A stretch of DNA of 64,000 nucleotides, from positions 61,132,001 to 61,196,000 of the forward strand of contig OX597831.1 in NCBI GenBank assembly GCA_951406725.2, written 5' to 3'. The notes below the pieces were generated by a model, which was not told where the DNA came from, did not search any database, and worked only from the letters and a program-made list of their open reading frames with translations. Every line of letters starts with the position of its first letter. Position 1 is the first letter of the stretch. Origin of the DNA: Octopus vulgaris (taxonomy: Eukaryota). The translations under genes were made by a program, and so were the position numbers. Positions 1-13,192 of the stretch are shown here, in pieces.

Positions 1-207
1 GCATGGGTCCGGTTTCCAGTTTCTATTGCGTATGTGTTCCCCAGCTGGACGGGACGCCAGTCCATCGCAGCATGACTGAGTGGACTGAAGCAACGTGAAA
101 TGAAGTGCTTTGCTCAAGAGCACAACGCGTCGCCCGGTCCAGGAATCGAAACCACAACCTTACGATCATGATGTTGACATACTAACCACTAAGCCACGCG
201 CCTCCAC
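1..207 (-). mobile_element. tRNA-derived SINE, truncated by window edge
   Basis: Minus strand begins GTGGAGGCGCGTGGCTTAGTGGTTAG (A box) ... GGTTTCGATTCC (B box), then CTTGAGCAAAGCACTTCATTTCACGTTGCT, which is shared with the copy at 53660-53990. Confidence 0.8.
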
Positions 208-214
208 AAACACA

Positions 215-217
<3 letters not shown>

Positions 218-268
<51 letters not shown>

Positions 269-409
269 CATATATATATATATATACATATATATACATA
301 TATATATATATATACATATATATACATATGTATATATATACATATATATACATATATATATATATACATATATATATATACATATATATATATACATATA
401 TATATATAC

Positions 410-484
<75 letters not shown>

Positions 485-523
485 CATATATATATGTATA
501 TATATACATATACATATACATAC

Positions 524-585
<62 letters not shown>

Positions 586-601
586 ATACATATACATATA
601 C

Positions 602-686
<85 letters not shown>
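218..686. repeat. (TA)n/(TACA) microsatellite
   Basis: Seen directly; explains the IY-repeat ORFs. Confidence 0.98.
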
Positions 687-693
<7 letters not shown>

Positions 694-844
694 GCATGCA
701 TACGTACATACATATATAATGTATGGTGGTTTACTTCAGAGGCGATCTAAACGATTAGCTACGCTAGCTAAGTGCTGTAAGAGATTACTAGGGCTTCAAG
801 GTTATAGTAGAGACAGTATATATAAACCTATTGCAGATTTCCGA

Positions 845-972
845 TATATAATTGTTAAAGAGGACAACAAACGTTAAGGCAAGGTAATCAACTCAAGTCA
901 CGTACAATAATGTATAAGACTTGTGATGCTAGCTTTGTCTTAACGTTTGTTATCCTCTTTAACAATTATATA
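845..972. mobile_element. Short MITE-like hairpin in TA context
   Basis: ~34-bp inverted arms TATATAATTGTTAAAGAGGACAACAAACGTTAAG / CTTAACGTTTGTTATCCTCTTTAACAATTATATA. Confidence 0.6.
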
Positions 973-1009
973 TATATATATACACACACATATATATATA
1001 TTAAATTAG

Positions 1010-1203
1010 GTGAGTCACCATGATAGATCGTTAACCACTACACGCATTTTTTTCTCTCCTTGTTTTTTCTGTGTCCCTTTCTGTAGAAGAGCGTAGGCTC
1101 GAAACGTAAAATACTTTTTCTATTCCTGAGCGTTATACTAATACATCTGTTTGTTTTGTACACCACCTGTCTTCGTCTTTTGTTTTTTTCTTAAACTCTC
1201 CCT
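1010..1203 (+). mobile_element. Penelope-like element 3' terminal fragment with minimal hammerhead-like motif
   Basis: Near-identical to 20823-21030 and similar to 45170-45370, which lies downstream of a GIY-YIG fragment; motif CTGTAGAA-GAGC-GTAG-GCTC-GAAACGTA at 1081-1108. Confidence 0.7.
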
Positions 1204-1765
1204 ATATATATATATATATGAATGTATATACATTCATGCATATTATACACACATATATATATACATATATATATGCGTATGTATATATACATTCCTGCAT
1301 CTAATACATACACACGCACACACACACACACTCACACACACATACAATCTTTGAAAAAACTTTTATTCTCAAGAAAGATAATCATACATGACAAAGACAT
1401 TTGGAAAGATTTATGACTGACCAAATATCGAGAACATTCTACACTCAGTTTCATTGGTATTGATGTGTACAAATATAAACAAGTATATTACCTAAATTAC
1501 CATATTTCCAAGTTATAACGAAAGAGTTGTAAATATCTTCTGTTTACTGTTTAGTGTAATCAAGTTTAAAATCCAAGTAAAGTATATTGAATAAATCAAT
1601 AAACCATGTTCAGTTTTTGGAATATTCCAGTGATTTCCCAAAAGAAAGGCCGTAGCTTGTCTGGATTTGTACAGATATTACAAGCAAATTTTTGAGGCAG
1701 TACACACACACACACACACATACACATGTGCGTGTGCGTCTTTGAAGGGTTAATTAAATATATAT

Positions 1766-1947
1766 GCTTCTTTATTACCCACAAGGGGCTAAACATAGAG
1801 GGGACAAACAAGGACAGACAAACGAATTAAGTCGATTACATCGACACCAGTGCGTAACTGGTACTTAATTTATCGACCCCGAAAGGATGAAAGGCAAAGT
1901 CGACCACGGCGGAATTCGAACTCAGAACGTAACGACAGACGAAATAA
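1766..1947 (-). mobile_element. 5'-truncated SINE (family of 52054 and 55071)
   Basis: Reverse complement matches GTTCTGAGTTC..ATTCCGCCG..GTCGACTTTGCCTTTCATCCTTTCGGGGTCGATAAATTAAGTACCAGT and the 3' tail of the full copies. Confidence 0.85.
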
Positions 1948-3124
1948 ATATATAAATGCTGGCATGGCTGTGCGGTTAAGATCACTTTGCAACGATGTGG
2001 TTTCGGTGTCCAGTCCCTCTACGTGGTAACCTAGGCAAATACCTTCTGCTGTGTCCAGTGAGCGAGAGTGGCATAGACGTTCTTCACAGTAACATTTGAG
2101 GCAAAATATTTCATAAATTGCCCCCAAAAATCAATGGATTTGGAAATCTGAGACACAAACGCTGACAGTTAAAAAGTTGAAATTTCTGAGTTACATATTC
2201 GGGAAGAAAGATGAAAGCCCAAATATCAACAGCTGCGATTACGATTATTGCCATTAAGTGGGAGAAACCCAAAAGAAACATCTAAAAGAAAGAAATTAAC
2301 ATTATGAGAAAACGGATTTAGAAACGATAATAAAAAACGAACTGCGTGATTCCCAGAAAATTATTTGAAATATTACTTGATTAACTGATAGTTGAAATTT
2401 AATAAACCTATTTACGAAATCAATGTCTAGTTATAAACGGCTCTCGCGAAATTAACCCGAATTCAATTTTGATTTTAACTGAAGTAGAGAACCTTGGTTG
2501 CCTCGGCTTTGCATTATGCATTATGTATTTTAAGTTGGTTTTTGTTTTGTCTGTACATTCATAATTTAGTTTTATCAAAAGGGATAATTCAATTTTAAAT
2601 TTCATTCTTCATTCTGCGTGTTATATAGAATAACAACTTTATGTCCAACAACTCCCATTTCTAATACACTTTGTACCGCTTTGTTCAAAGCTTCCCTTGA
2701 CCTCAAGTGGCCTGAACTCTTTACATGAACACCACCCTGTACTTAACTCCATGTCCCCCTACATGGCCTTGCTATTTGCTTTTGAGCCAAATTAACTAAC
2801 TAACTACCTAACAAACTTGTAGCATTCATCCGTCGTTTACGTTTTTTAGTATCTGCGTTTTAAATTTTTATAATCTTTCGCCATTTTACTTGATGACGCG
2901 CGCTTGAACAACAATATAATTCTCCCCGTCTAATGTGCATCTCTTGAATTATTTCAATCGGCTCCACCTCTAGGGGATGTGTAACAAGAACAAAGTGGAG
3001 GCTGGAACCAGCTCCAAGCGACAAGGGAAGATAATCGCAAGTATCAAGAATTCTCCAAATTTGACATTCTATTAAGGGAAATGACGTGTTTATTGTTTGG
3101 AGATAAAAGCAGAGTCGTAAACAC

Positions 3125-3990
3125 GTGTTTCTACTACATAGGTATCATCAACACGACAGTTGTCCCCTTGGGATAAATTAGAACAATTGTCATACTGATG
3201 AGAGTAGAAGCTCTGAGCCGACAAAGCAGCGAAGATATTCTATTTAACCCTGTATTTGTCAGACTAGATGTCGAAGACTGCCAGCAAAAATTGCAATAAT
3301 ACAAAGCTAACCAAGGTTTTCTCCGGCTATAGCATTATTGATTAAATCTTGAAAATGTGTTTAGTAATAGCCTAACCCAAATTTCTTTTTCATGAGCGTT
3401 AATGTAGCACAATCTCTCACATTGCATCTAAGCCGAAGTGCTCGTTCCAAAGCGGTAAAGAAATGTTTTGCATTGATGTAGGTAGTTGAAGTTCATATAC
3501 GACCCAGATTTTGAAGAATCTTTTCCGGCTACGGCTTTCTAAAATTATATGTATCGCAGACATTGACACAGAGAAGAGGGATATCATAGCATACCATAAA
3601 ATCTATGTACTTCATATATATTTTTGACTTTTGTTTTTGCACTTCCGATTGATATTTCATGTTACAATACAGCCCGTGCAATGCTAAATGATTTAGTAGC
3701 TTATCCTCTTGTAGCAAGTATTTGTCATGGATTTGGTTTAGGCTATTATTGTGTGCATTTACGAGATTTAATCAATATTGCTGTAGCCGGAGGAAACCTT
3801 GGTTAGCTTTGTAGTCTTGCATTTTTTACTGGTAGTTTTCGACACTTAGTCAAACAAATACAGGATGTAATGGTATATCTTCGCTGCTTTGGCGGTTCAA
3901 ATCCTCTTTGTCATCAGCATGACAATCTTTCTAATTTATCCCAACAGCACAAAATCGTCCTGATGACATCTATTGATGTAGAAACAAGTA
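3125..3990. repeat. Diverged ~260-bp inverted duplication (3125-3385 vs 3732-3990)
   Basis: Collinear matching blocks such as ACAAAGCTAACCAAGGTTT / AAACCTTGGTTAGCTTTGT, AAAGCAGCGAAGATAT / ATATCTTCGCTGCTTT and TTGGGATAAATTAGAA / TTCTAATTTATCCCAA. Confidence 0.85.
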
Positions 3991-4369
3991 TATATTCGCA
4001 GTTTGCTTGTCTACCTTTAGATACCCAAATATCGGCTCATACGTTGATTTCTACAGGTGGTCACGTGATGGTCAAATCTTTCATCAAGGAGAAGCACAGC
4101 AGCATCGATAACAGAAGTGATACTGAAATGATAAAATGATTCTATTATAACAGATTTGTGAAGGGAATACAGGATAAAAACAGACCAGCCGAGCGCGAGC
4201 AAATATGCCTACTCGCTGGTGTCTACCACCAGCTTTAAAAAGAGGAACCTTTTCTGCTATTCTTCAGTGAGTCGGAATGCGCAGTTGAGTTCGTATCTCG
4301 GCAGAGGGGAAGTGATATCATTTTCATATGCGATGTAGAGTTGCTGCAAAATTTGACCCGTGCATATTA

Positions 4370-4478
4370 ATTTTCATTATGTCTTTTACATTGTATAAAA
4401 ATTTCATGCATTTATTTGAATAGTTAAGGAAGTTATTAAAAATTGAAACCCATCAGTGACTTTTGGGACACCCAGTAA
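4370..4478. mobile_element. Solo Tc1/mariner-type terminal inverted repeat end
   Basis: Ends CTTTTTGGGACACCCAGTA (rc TACTGGGTGTCCCAAAAAG), resembling TA-CAGGGTGTCC mariner termini; partner end not found. Confidence 0.45.
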
Positions 4479-5392
4479 TAATAGTAAATGTAATGAATAA
4501 AAAAAAAATTGTGATTGTTTTTGGAAAAATGTGAAATCACTTTAAAAGCATATCAAGGAAAACAGTTTTATCGGAGAGGGCAAAGTGTAGAGCAAATGCG
4601 AACTCGATAATTTGGGTTTTGCATGTGATAGATCACCTATTGATAGGGTGTTTCAAAACTATCCAGCATGTGGCATCTATTGTAGAATGTATGTGTTCAA
4701 ACGACGGAAATGATTATGATAACGCTCAATAATTCTGGCACAGTATGATGATGGGAAGGAAGACAGTAGAGATGAGATGGAGAGGAGAAGAGATGTATTA
4801 TGATAATAACAAGCGTGATGAAGAAGAGAAAAAAGTGGTAAAGAGAAGGATTATCGTGAATATGACAACGACAACGACGGTGCTGATTGAAGTTACAGAA
4901 TTTCAAATTCTTGGCAGAGATGGTTATTATAAATTTTCTGAAACTAAGTTTTCTTCTTGGCAGTTTATTTGGAAGGTAAGTATAAGGTTGTTATAGTTTT
5001 TTTGTTACTGTTCGAATAATTTTTATAAATGCTTATCATTATATAAAATGTTCTGTCAATTCCAACAGTTTAATAGAGCGTTTTCAAATTGAAAAACTCA
5101 ACTACTTATTAGATAGTTTAAATATAAGAATATAATATTTTTCCTTAACTAAATTATTGGGTTATTCAAATGCCAAGGAGGCTGTCTTACATATTAACTT
5201 ACCTATCTTTTATTTTTCATCCTGTATTCGCTTCACAAATCTGTTATAATAGAATCATCATATCATTTCAATACAGCTTCTGTTATCGATGCTGCTGTGC
5301 TTCTCCCAAAACATCTAACACTACAACCACCACCAATATTACTACTACTACTATTACTACTGTTGCTGCTGTTGCTGTTGTTGTTGCTGTTG

Positions 5393-5759
5393 AGCGAACG
5401 GTCTTCGTCCCAGAGCTAGCAAGATGGGAGAAGTCCGAAACGTGGTCCTTTGCTATTCGTAAGACTCGCAGAAGAGAAAGCAGGTCAACCTCCGATTCCG
5501 TGAGTATCGATTGATAGATGAATGCGCATCCAGGCTCAGCGGTTGCGTAGGAAGTCGGGGACAAGAAACAGAAAGAAAGAATGAGAGAAAGTTGGGGCGA
5601 AAGGGTACAACAGGGGTCGCCACCACCCCCTGCCGGAGACTCGAGGAGCTTTAGGTGTTTTTGCTCAATAAACACACACAATGCCCGGTCTGGGAATCGA
5701 AACCGCGATCCTCCGATCGCGAGTCCGCTGCCCTAACTATTGGGCCATTGCGCCTCCAC
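5393..5759 (-). mobile_element. tRNA-derived SINE
   Basis: Minus strand GTGGAGGCGCAATGGCCCAATAGTTAGGGCAGCGGAC...GGTTTCGATTCCCAGACCGGGC; related to 32934-33220. Confidence 0.8.
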
Positions 5760-6791
5760 TGCTGCTGCTGCTGCTGCTGGACACTTGTCGCGTCGACGAA
5801 TGAAGGTTCCGCAAGACACAGCTGCGTAGTGTTCTTAGCTCAGTAGAGCTAAAATGATGCTGTTCTTGTTGGTAATGGTATCTTGGTTTGCTGAACGACC
5901 TGCACGACAAATACTGTTTCATTGAGCATGCTCGTGCTGTGTCATTCCCACTCTATAGTCCTTGAAACTTATATTGGTCTGGGGCTACAAAGGTCATGGA
6001 CCCAGTAGTTATCAGGACGCACGATTTGAATGGAATTGCCTTCACTTAGATGAGCAGCGAAAGAGCTGAAAGGACTCATCTTGTCCTCTATCTGTTGGCG
6101 TGTTTGTTATTGACATACTTCCGCAATCAGTTCTATAGCATGCGAATTAACCCGTAACTGGGAACCTGGGATGTGCTGCTACTCCGGTTTAGAGTAAACC
6201 CGACAATAATAGTTACTAAGTTTTGGTTCCACACTTCTCAAAGCTGTGGAACTTCTAATTACCGGACGCAGTGCAAAGTCATACGCATGACAAATATTTT
6301 AAGGATTATTACACAGATGTTTATCGAGGGGTATTTTTGATTTATTTTGCAAATATTCGATTATTTGTTTAACAACGTGGCTTCACATATGCCTATGGAA
6401 AATATGTCCCACAAAATTTTTAACATGTTTTCGAAATTTCGTAACGCAAATGTTAATTTTAAAAAAATGGCATAGAAGAAAATGACAGGATGCTAAGAAG
6501 TAAATACAGCAGTCACATACAGCAGTTAAATATGAAAGTGGAAACTAAAATAGTAAAATTTTGACAATGTTGCTAACCAAGCCATAATTTTGAATACAAA
6601 TCAACTTTAAGAAATAAGAATATGTCTAAAAGTATATGAAATTTTTTTGATTCGTAACTTGATGATATCAAAGAAAGGAAAAGTTAAATATAAGTGTAGA
6701 TGGCTAATATATGAAACGGAGAATTTTGTATCTGATATGGTGCCACGCAGTGGGACTGAACCCAGAACCATGTGGTTCGGAAGCAAGCTAT

Positions 6792-7160
6792 GATTTGATT
6801 TGATTTGATCTAGTTTCAGCTCACGAGCTGTGGCCATGCTGGGGCACCACCATTTGGTGCTGCTACATAATTTTACTTCACTAAAATCTTTTTAGAAATT
6901 GACATCTAGTGCATGAGGGAGTTTGATGCCGCTGCCCTCATCTGCACCTCCTGCTGTGAAGTTGGTTTATCTTGACAGTACTTGACAGTAAGAGGTCCAG
7001 TTTCATTTTGAAGACACCTACATCCACCCCATGCAGGTCTCTCTGGTCCTTCGGGAGGATATTGAAGAGCTGGCTGCCCTGAAGCCCAGGCTGTCACAGT
7101 ATCTTGTCCTATATCTTGATGGCAAATTTCGAGTCCTTGGCAAAATGCAGGGGCGCCCTG
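6792..7160 (-). mobile_element. CR1-like LINE 3' end
   Basis: Minus-strand translation QLFNILPKDQRDLHGVDVGVFKMKLDLLL parallels the ORF2 C-terminus at 29129-29458; (CAAAT)n tail. Confidence 0.8.
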
Positions 7161-9146
7161 TTGAATTTTTTAATGAGAAACAAAGAAAAGGAAGAGTGAA
7201 TCTCAGAGATAAACAGATAACAATGCACATAGATTGGCCCAAACCTTTCTATGATTCTCTATCTCCTCCAATCCAGTTTTGGATCTTTGCATGTGTACAT
7301 GCGACACACAGTATATTTTGTGTTGGAGGTAAGAAATAGCATTGCATGCCCTCGTTGTAGGTATTTAGTTTTAACTGATATTCTATCATCAGTGTATTCT
7401 TTGATTATTTCTTTTACATTAATTAGCCCGCTATCCTTATCGTTTAATTTAAAGCCTTTCCTGTATAAAATCATCAGTTTAAGAGGCATAAGTCTTTTCA
7501 TATACCTTCTTCCTGAATGCTGATTCTCATTCAGAATTATGGTCTGCCTAGCAACATTGTCACAAGATTTACTGCTTTTGTTTCTATTTTCATAACTATC
7601 TGCAGTATGTGTTGTACAAATCTGTGTTTACTTGTTGGCGGCCTGTCATTTTTCCCTTTGCAAATTTTGTTTTAAATTGACGTTTTGCGTTTGCAGAATT
7701 TTCGACAATTTACCTAAAAGCTGTTGTGGCATGTTCTACCGGTGTATACAGAAGACATGTTGTTAAACAAATAAACAAATTTTCACTAAATAAATATAAA
7801 ATATCCAATGACAACTGTTAGCGCAATAATCCTCCAAAGAAATGTTATAAAGTATAAATACGGTAATACAGCATTTCCACAGAGTTATATTTGAAATAGT
7901 CTGTTCTCAAAAGACAGCAAAACAACAACAATTATATATTGTGCTGTATTTGGTTGATTTCAAATCACATTTGATACAGTAGAGGTTTTGTCTTTCGAAG
8001 GCTAATAAAAGAACTACCAGTGCGGAAATGTGACTGATGCTGTCTACTCTGTCAATGAAATCCATGTTGTATCATCTCCATCGACAGATGATGAGAGCTA
8101 GTAAAAAATATAACATAAATGAAAAGATTTCATTCAGTGGTATATTCAAATGATTTATTGAGAAGGGATACAATCAATTGGATGAATCCCAGTATATGTT
8201 TGGCTTTATATTCCTTATTGATACTGCTTTCAAATCAATCAATACTGGTCCTGTACTATGGTTAATTCGATCGATTAACGTTCTATTTTTGAATATAAAT
8301 GTCCTTGTGAAAATGTTAGGTATTACAGTAATAACTTAGGAGCTTTGTTGTAGCAAGGATATGAATTAGATTTTTAGATTTCCCAGCCATAATCCTTGTA
8401 GCATGACACAAATAATGTCTATAGATTTATAAATACGAGCTCGATAAAAGCTTTTATGTCTATGGCGTAATCTACTCACCAAGACTATATTTCATTGACT
8501 AAACTCACAACTCATGTGAGTAATGAAATAGCACGCATATTCACCAAGCCAGAATTATTGTGCATATTTCATTCCATTCTGTTTGTTTCTTTGAAATATT
8601 AACGAAATTCCATTACCTTGTGCTTATTCCATCTACTTTTGCTTATATCATCTGCAGGCCAATGACGGAGCGTATCTTTATTTTCTATACCTGCTAAAAA
8701 TAGTTTCGTAATCTCCCTCAAATCGGGCTCTGCTACTTAAAAAATGGATGAACTTATTGGATATATATTGCTCTGAACACACTATGTCTGCAGCAATGAT
8801 GGTGTAGAAATAACGGGAGCACGTTTCGCCACATTATGTTTCAGAAGAACTAAGCTGATGTTAAAGAAGAACGAAACTAACTCCTATACAATAACAGAGA
8901 CTTCGTTAGCCAAGGATTATACTATTCTGAAATAGAATGCAGAAATCTAATAGATTGAAATGCCAAATGAAGACTATTTAATAATAATAAATGCTAAATG
9001 CTAAATAACGAGAAGTCAATAACCGATGGTCGTGAAAATGGGAAAATTAACGAATAGACTTTTCTCATTTTCATCTTCTTCAAAAACTTAATTTAATTTA
9101 TTACAATATATCCTTTAAAGTCTAAATCTATTATTCTTTTATTTTT

Positions 9147-9362
9147 ACGAGGGACGCTGAGAAGTTCTTTGGTTTAAAGGTATCACGAAAGGTCTGTTTA
9201 GAGGCCTAGCTTACCGAGTTCTTTACTAGGCTTAGAAAAACTGAAGGACCGCCGTAATATGTGTGTAAATTTGAGAGAGGGAATATGTTGAACAAAATCA
9301 TAATTAACTGAACCTCAAGTATTTTCTTTCACCCAAAGCCAGGAACTTATTCCATCCTTCTC
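9147..9362 (+). mobile_element. mariner-derived MITE (~215 bp)
   Basis: TACGAGGG..GCTGAGAAGTTC start, AAAGCCAGGAACTT end, residual transposase C-terminus (GLEKLKDRRNMCVNLR..EYVE); second copy at 22682-22901. Confidence 0.7.
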
Positions 9363-9364
9363 AT

Positions 9365-9620
9365 TTTGCCGAACCGCCAAGTTACAGGGAAGTAAACACA
9401 ACAACACCGGTTGTCAACTGACGGTGGGGACAAACACAGACACAAATACACAAACACACACACACACACACACATACATATACGACAGGATTCATCAAGT
9501 TTCCATCTTCCAAATGCACTCACAAAGTTTTGTTCGATCCGAGGCTATAGGAAAAGACAGTTGCCGAAGGTGTTACGATGTGGGGCTGAACCTGGAAACA
9601 TGCGGTTGGGACGCCACGCC
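9365..9620 (-). mobile_element. Diverged copy of the dominant SINE
   Basis: TTTTGCCGAACCGCCAAGTTAC..GTAAACAC.. plus internal (CA)n, matches 21832-22233. Confidence 0.75.
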
Positions 9621-11162
9621 CGTGTACCAACATTTTCGCGCTCCGCAGTCAATAAACCAATGTTTGGTGCAATGTTACAAATTTATTATATAACTCTTTA
9701 CATTAATAACATTCCTGAGTTCAAATACATTATCGACTTTAACTTGGGGCATTTTGAAGGATAAATCGCAAGGCTGATCAGGTGGTGTTTGAACTTGTAA
9801 GAGACGTAACCAAGTTCTTCAAGATAATTTGTTTAACAATTAAGATTTTTGTTAAGTACAAATGATTAAGATTTAATTAGTAATATATATACTTTATACT
9901 ATAGGCACTGGGCCTTACATTTTGTGTGAGGAGGCTTATCGATATCGAAAGAGTGAAAAGCAAGATGATCTGCGGTGAAATTGGAACTCAGAACAGCTAT
10001 TAAATCATTCATTTTAACATTCTCCTGTATGAAGCGGCGACACCACTTCCTTGGTAATAAGCGAATATTAACAAGTATTAAGTCATAGTGAGAGGCAAAA
10101 ACAATATATATATATATATATATATGCTCAAATTCTTTATTTGTAGTTTCTAAAAATATGTAGTAATCAGAAGTTAAAATATTTCATTCCTGTCAAATCA
10201 AGTCACTCACAAAAAAAAAAAAAAAAATGCCAAAACATTTGGCCCTATTAATTCAGCAACAAGTGCAACATTGACATTGAAATGTTGCCAATATTCTTTT
10301 ACTGTTTTTTTTAAAATTCCTGATGCGAATTAAATAATCCGAAAAAATATATTTAATTTCAATGTTTTCATGTCTAAGTTACTAATTTAATAAAAATTTT
10401 CTACGATATTGTCTAGCTCTTAAAAGTTTTCTAAAGAGCTTTTAATATTTTTTTTTTTTTTTGCTTTTGATTTGCACGTAATGTTTTTCTTTTACCAATT
10501 TCAACAGAATGTATATTGCTAAAAATAGCTCATTTCTTTGATGTAATTTCTTATTTTCTTCTTCTCTGAGTAAAACTCGAAAATAAGTCCAAAACTACTT
10601 TTATTTCATATTTATATCTGTAAATAAATTGAAGAACCTATTAAAATATGAAATGGCTACAGCTGTTCTCGTGTTAGTTTCTTTTTTGACAGCTATTGAA
10701 AATAATTTTCAACCACCTTTTCAGAATAAGATTTTAGTTTCAGTTTATTATAGTTTATTTTGTTATTACTTGTATGTTTTCTTTTGTTTTTATCAGTTTC
10801 TTAGGTTAGCGTGGATTGCTTGAGTGGATTCTTATTAAATTTGAATAAATTGGTTTATAACTATAAATTAACATGCTGACATTTTCTTAGTCGAACACAA
10901 AGAAAATTAGATTAATATCACGCTTAAAAAACATAAATCAGCAACATATATTTCAGTATCTACCTGTACAGTTAGCGGCAAATTGCCATAGGAGAGCTCT
11001 AAACATGAGAATATCTCATTTCCTTCAACCTAGAAGTGGGGAGACAATTACGTGCGAAACAACGAGTAGGTTTCTAAATGGGCACTTTACAATTTAACCT
11101 CTACTTGTATTCATATTCAAGTCACAATCTACCTTTCTAACAATCTGCTTGTAATTATTTTC

Positions 11163-11596
11163 GGATCTTTTCGGTTTGAACGGCAGTTTTTTAACATAAT
11201 TTCTAGGTAACTAAAACAGTTTAAACTTCGTATACTGGTAGAATGTGTTTATAAAATATCTTTTTCTCTTGGCTTTATTGAGAAAATTCTATGGTTTCTA
11301 AGATATTTGTTGTTTTCTTTCTTCAATTTCTGCAATTTCAACCAATCACTGACGTCTATTGAGGTAAAAAACATTATGTGCCGTATGAATATGTCCCTCA
11401 TTTAAGAAACAGATTGGGTTTATTTACATTTGTGAAGAAAAAAAGATACCCTTCCCCCAATCCTAACCCTAACCCTAACTAACACTAACCCTAAAACAGA
11501 TTGAAATGCAATAGATCGATACTAGGGTCATAATTATGGGTGACAATTTCATATGACACCGCTAGAAAAAAACTGCCGTTCAAACCGGAAAGATCC
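11163..11596. mobile_element. MITE with ~29-bp TIRs, 8-bp TSD and internal (CCCTAA)-like repeats (Merlin-like)
   Basis: GGATCTTTTCGGTTTGAACGGCAGTTTTT ... AAAAACTGCCGTTCAAACCGGAAAGATCC; flanks TTATTTTC / CTGTTTTC; second copy at 16697-17110. Confidence 0.85.
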
Positions 11597-12196
11597 CTGT
11601 TTTCCTCTACTTATCAAATTTTGTGTCACATTTTGCACCACATCTTGCTGTTTGCGATCGGTGGCCATCTTTGCTTTTTGTGTCTGCTCTAGGCATTCTC
11701 ATTTCGCACTAGCATTCTCAGGAGGGAGTATCTGTAGTGAGGCACAAGAAGCCAGCGCCATTTTGTACGAGATCTCACCTGTAGCCATTACCATGTCCGA
11801 GAGAGGAGTGAGATCTCGCCTGCAGCCATTTGTCATACACGGTGTCTGAAACAGAAACAAAATGCTCGTTGCTAGCTCTACTAAGAAAAACTTCGAGCAA
11901 ATCATCACTAGCTAATCAAATCAAGCGCTATTGTTATAAGCCAGTTACCACTTCCTTTGAATTTTGGGCTTTAAGTTACTTAAAATAATCATTATGATCA
12001 GTATGGAAGATTCTTTAGGTTTACATAGACTTTTCTTATAGGTACACATCATAAACGTGAAAAATTATACTACAGATAATTAAATGGGTTTAGCGACTTA
12101 CATGATGTATGGTTTATAAAGTCCAGAGGGATTAAAAACAGAGTCAACTGTAAATGCATTTGATCTGAGTGTATAGAAACATCAGACTTTGTGTGC

Positions 12197-12249
<53 letters not shown>

Positions 12250-12253
<4 letters not shown>

Positions 12254-12817
12254 GTTGTCCGGAAAGTTCTTGCCGATTTATAGCAGCTTACCTTTCGACT
12301 TATTTTAGAATATGGTTGAGTTCATGAAATAGGATTTGACTACACCTCCGTTTAGAGCACAGTTTAAGCTATCTTTCCGTGGAAGAAGATTTATGTTCCT
12401 ATAAACCTGTGTTAATTCTGTAACCCTTTAACATGGAAGAGAAGAAAGTTCATTTTCGGTACTTGATGATTTGGGAACCAGACAAAAATTGTTGCAGCTC
12501 GGCTGGGATGCGCTTCCCCACCCTCCAAATTCACCAGATATTGCTCCTTCGGATTTCCATTTATTCGGGTCTCTGCAGAATAGTCTTAATGGTAAAAAAT
12601 TCAGTTCCTTGGGTGACGTAAAAAGATACCTTGATGAATTCTTTGCCATGAAAGCACCTCAAATCTGGGAAGAGGGTATTTTCAAGTTAAAGGAAAGATG
12701 AAGACGCATTGTGCAACAAAATGGTTCATATTTGTTTGATTAAAAATGTAATGGCAAGTATTTTATTGACCTTTTTCTTTCCTTTAAAAATCGGCACGAA
12801 CTTTCCGGACAACCCAA
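12250..12817 (+). mobile_element. Internally deleted mariner transposon
   Basis: TIRs TTGGGTTGTCCGGAAAGTTC-TGCCGATTT / AAATCGGCACGAACTTTCCGGACAACCCAA with TA TSD; ORF 12471-12701 contains HPPNSPDIAPSDFHLF, the mariner C-terminal catalytic motif. Confidence 0.95.
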
Positions 12818-13116
12818 TATATATATGTGTGTGGGTGGGGATGCCTTTATATTTTTGATTGGAATATGTCATTGTACTCTGGCCATGATCTAGATCTATT
12901 TCGATGAGTTTACACGAGTAGGTTCTCCACTACGTTGAAGTCTGTACTCGAGTAAATCGTCCTCCCATACTTACCATAATTTACTCTTAAATTAGTACTG
13001 GACATTTGCATAATGGAGGAAATTGAAATATCATAGTTCAGTCAAGTTATTTCTGTTGCAATGAACCGTTTACCTCATTCTACCCCTGATTATAAACACG
13101 CTCAAATATAACCATT

Positions 13117-13159
<43 letters not shown>

Positions 13160-13160
13160 T

Positions 13161-13192
<32 letters not shown>

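Noticed and set aside
110-713. Long IY/YI, VC, HT, poly-I/N/L ORFs here and across the window
   Set aside because: Stop-free translations of (TA)n, (CA)n, (TATG)n and (ATT)n microsatellites
3195-3225. CTGATGAG as a hammerhead core
   Set aside because: No GAAA after the stem and not conserved in the inverted copy
11460-11495. Telomere or chromosome-fusion site
   Set aside because: Only a few degenerate CCCTAA units, internal to a repeated MITE
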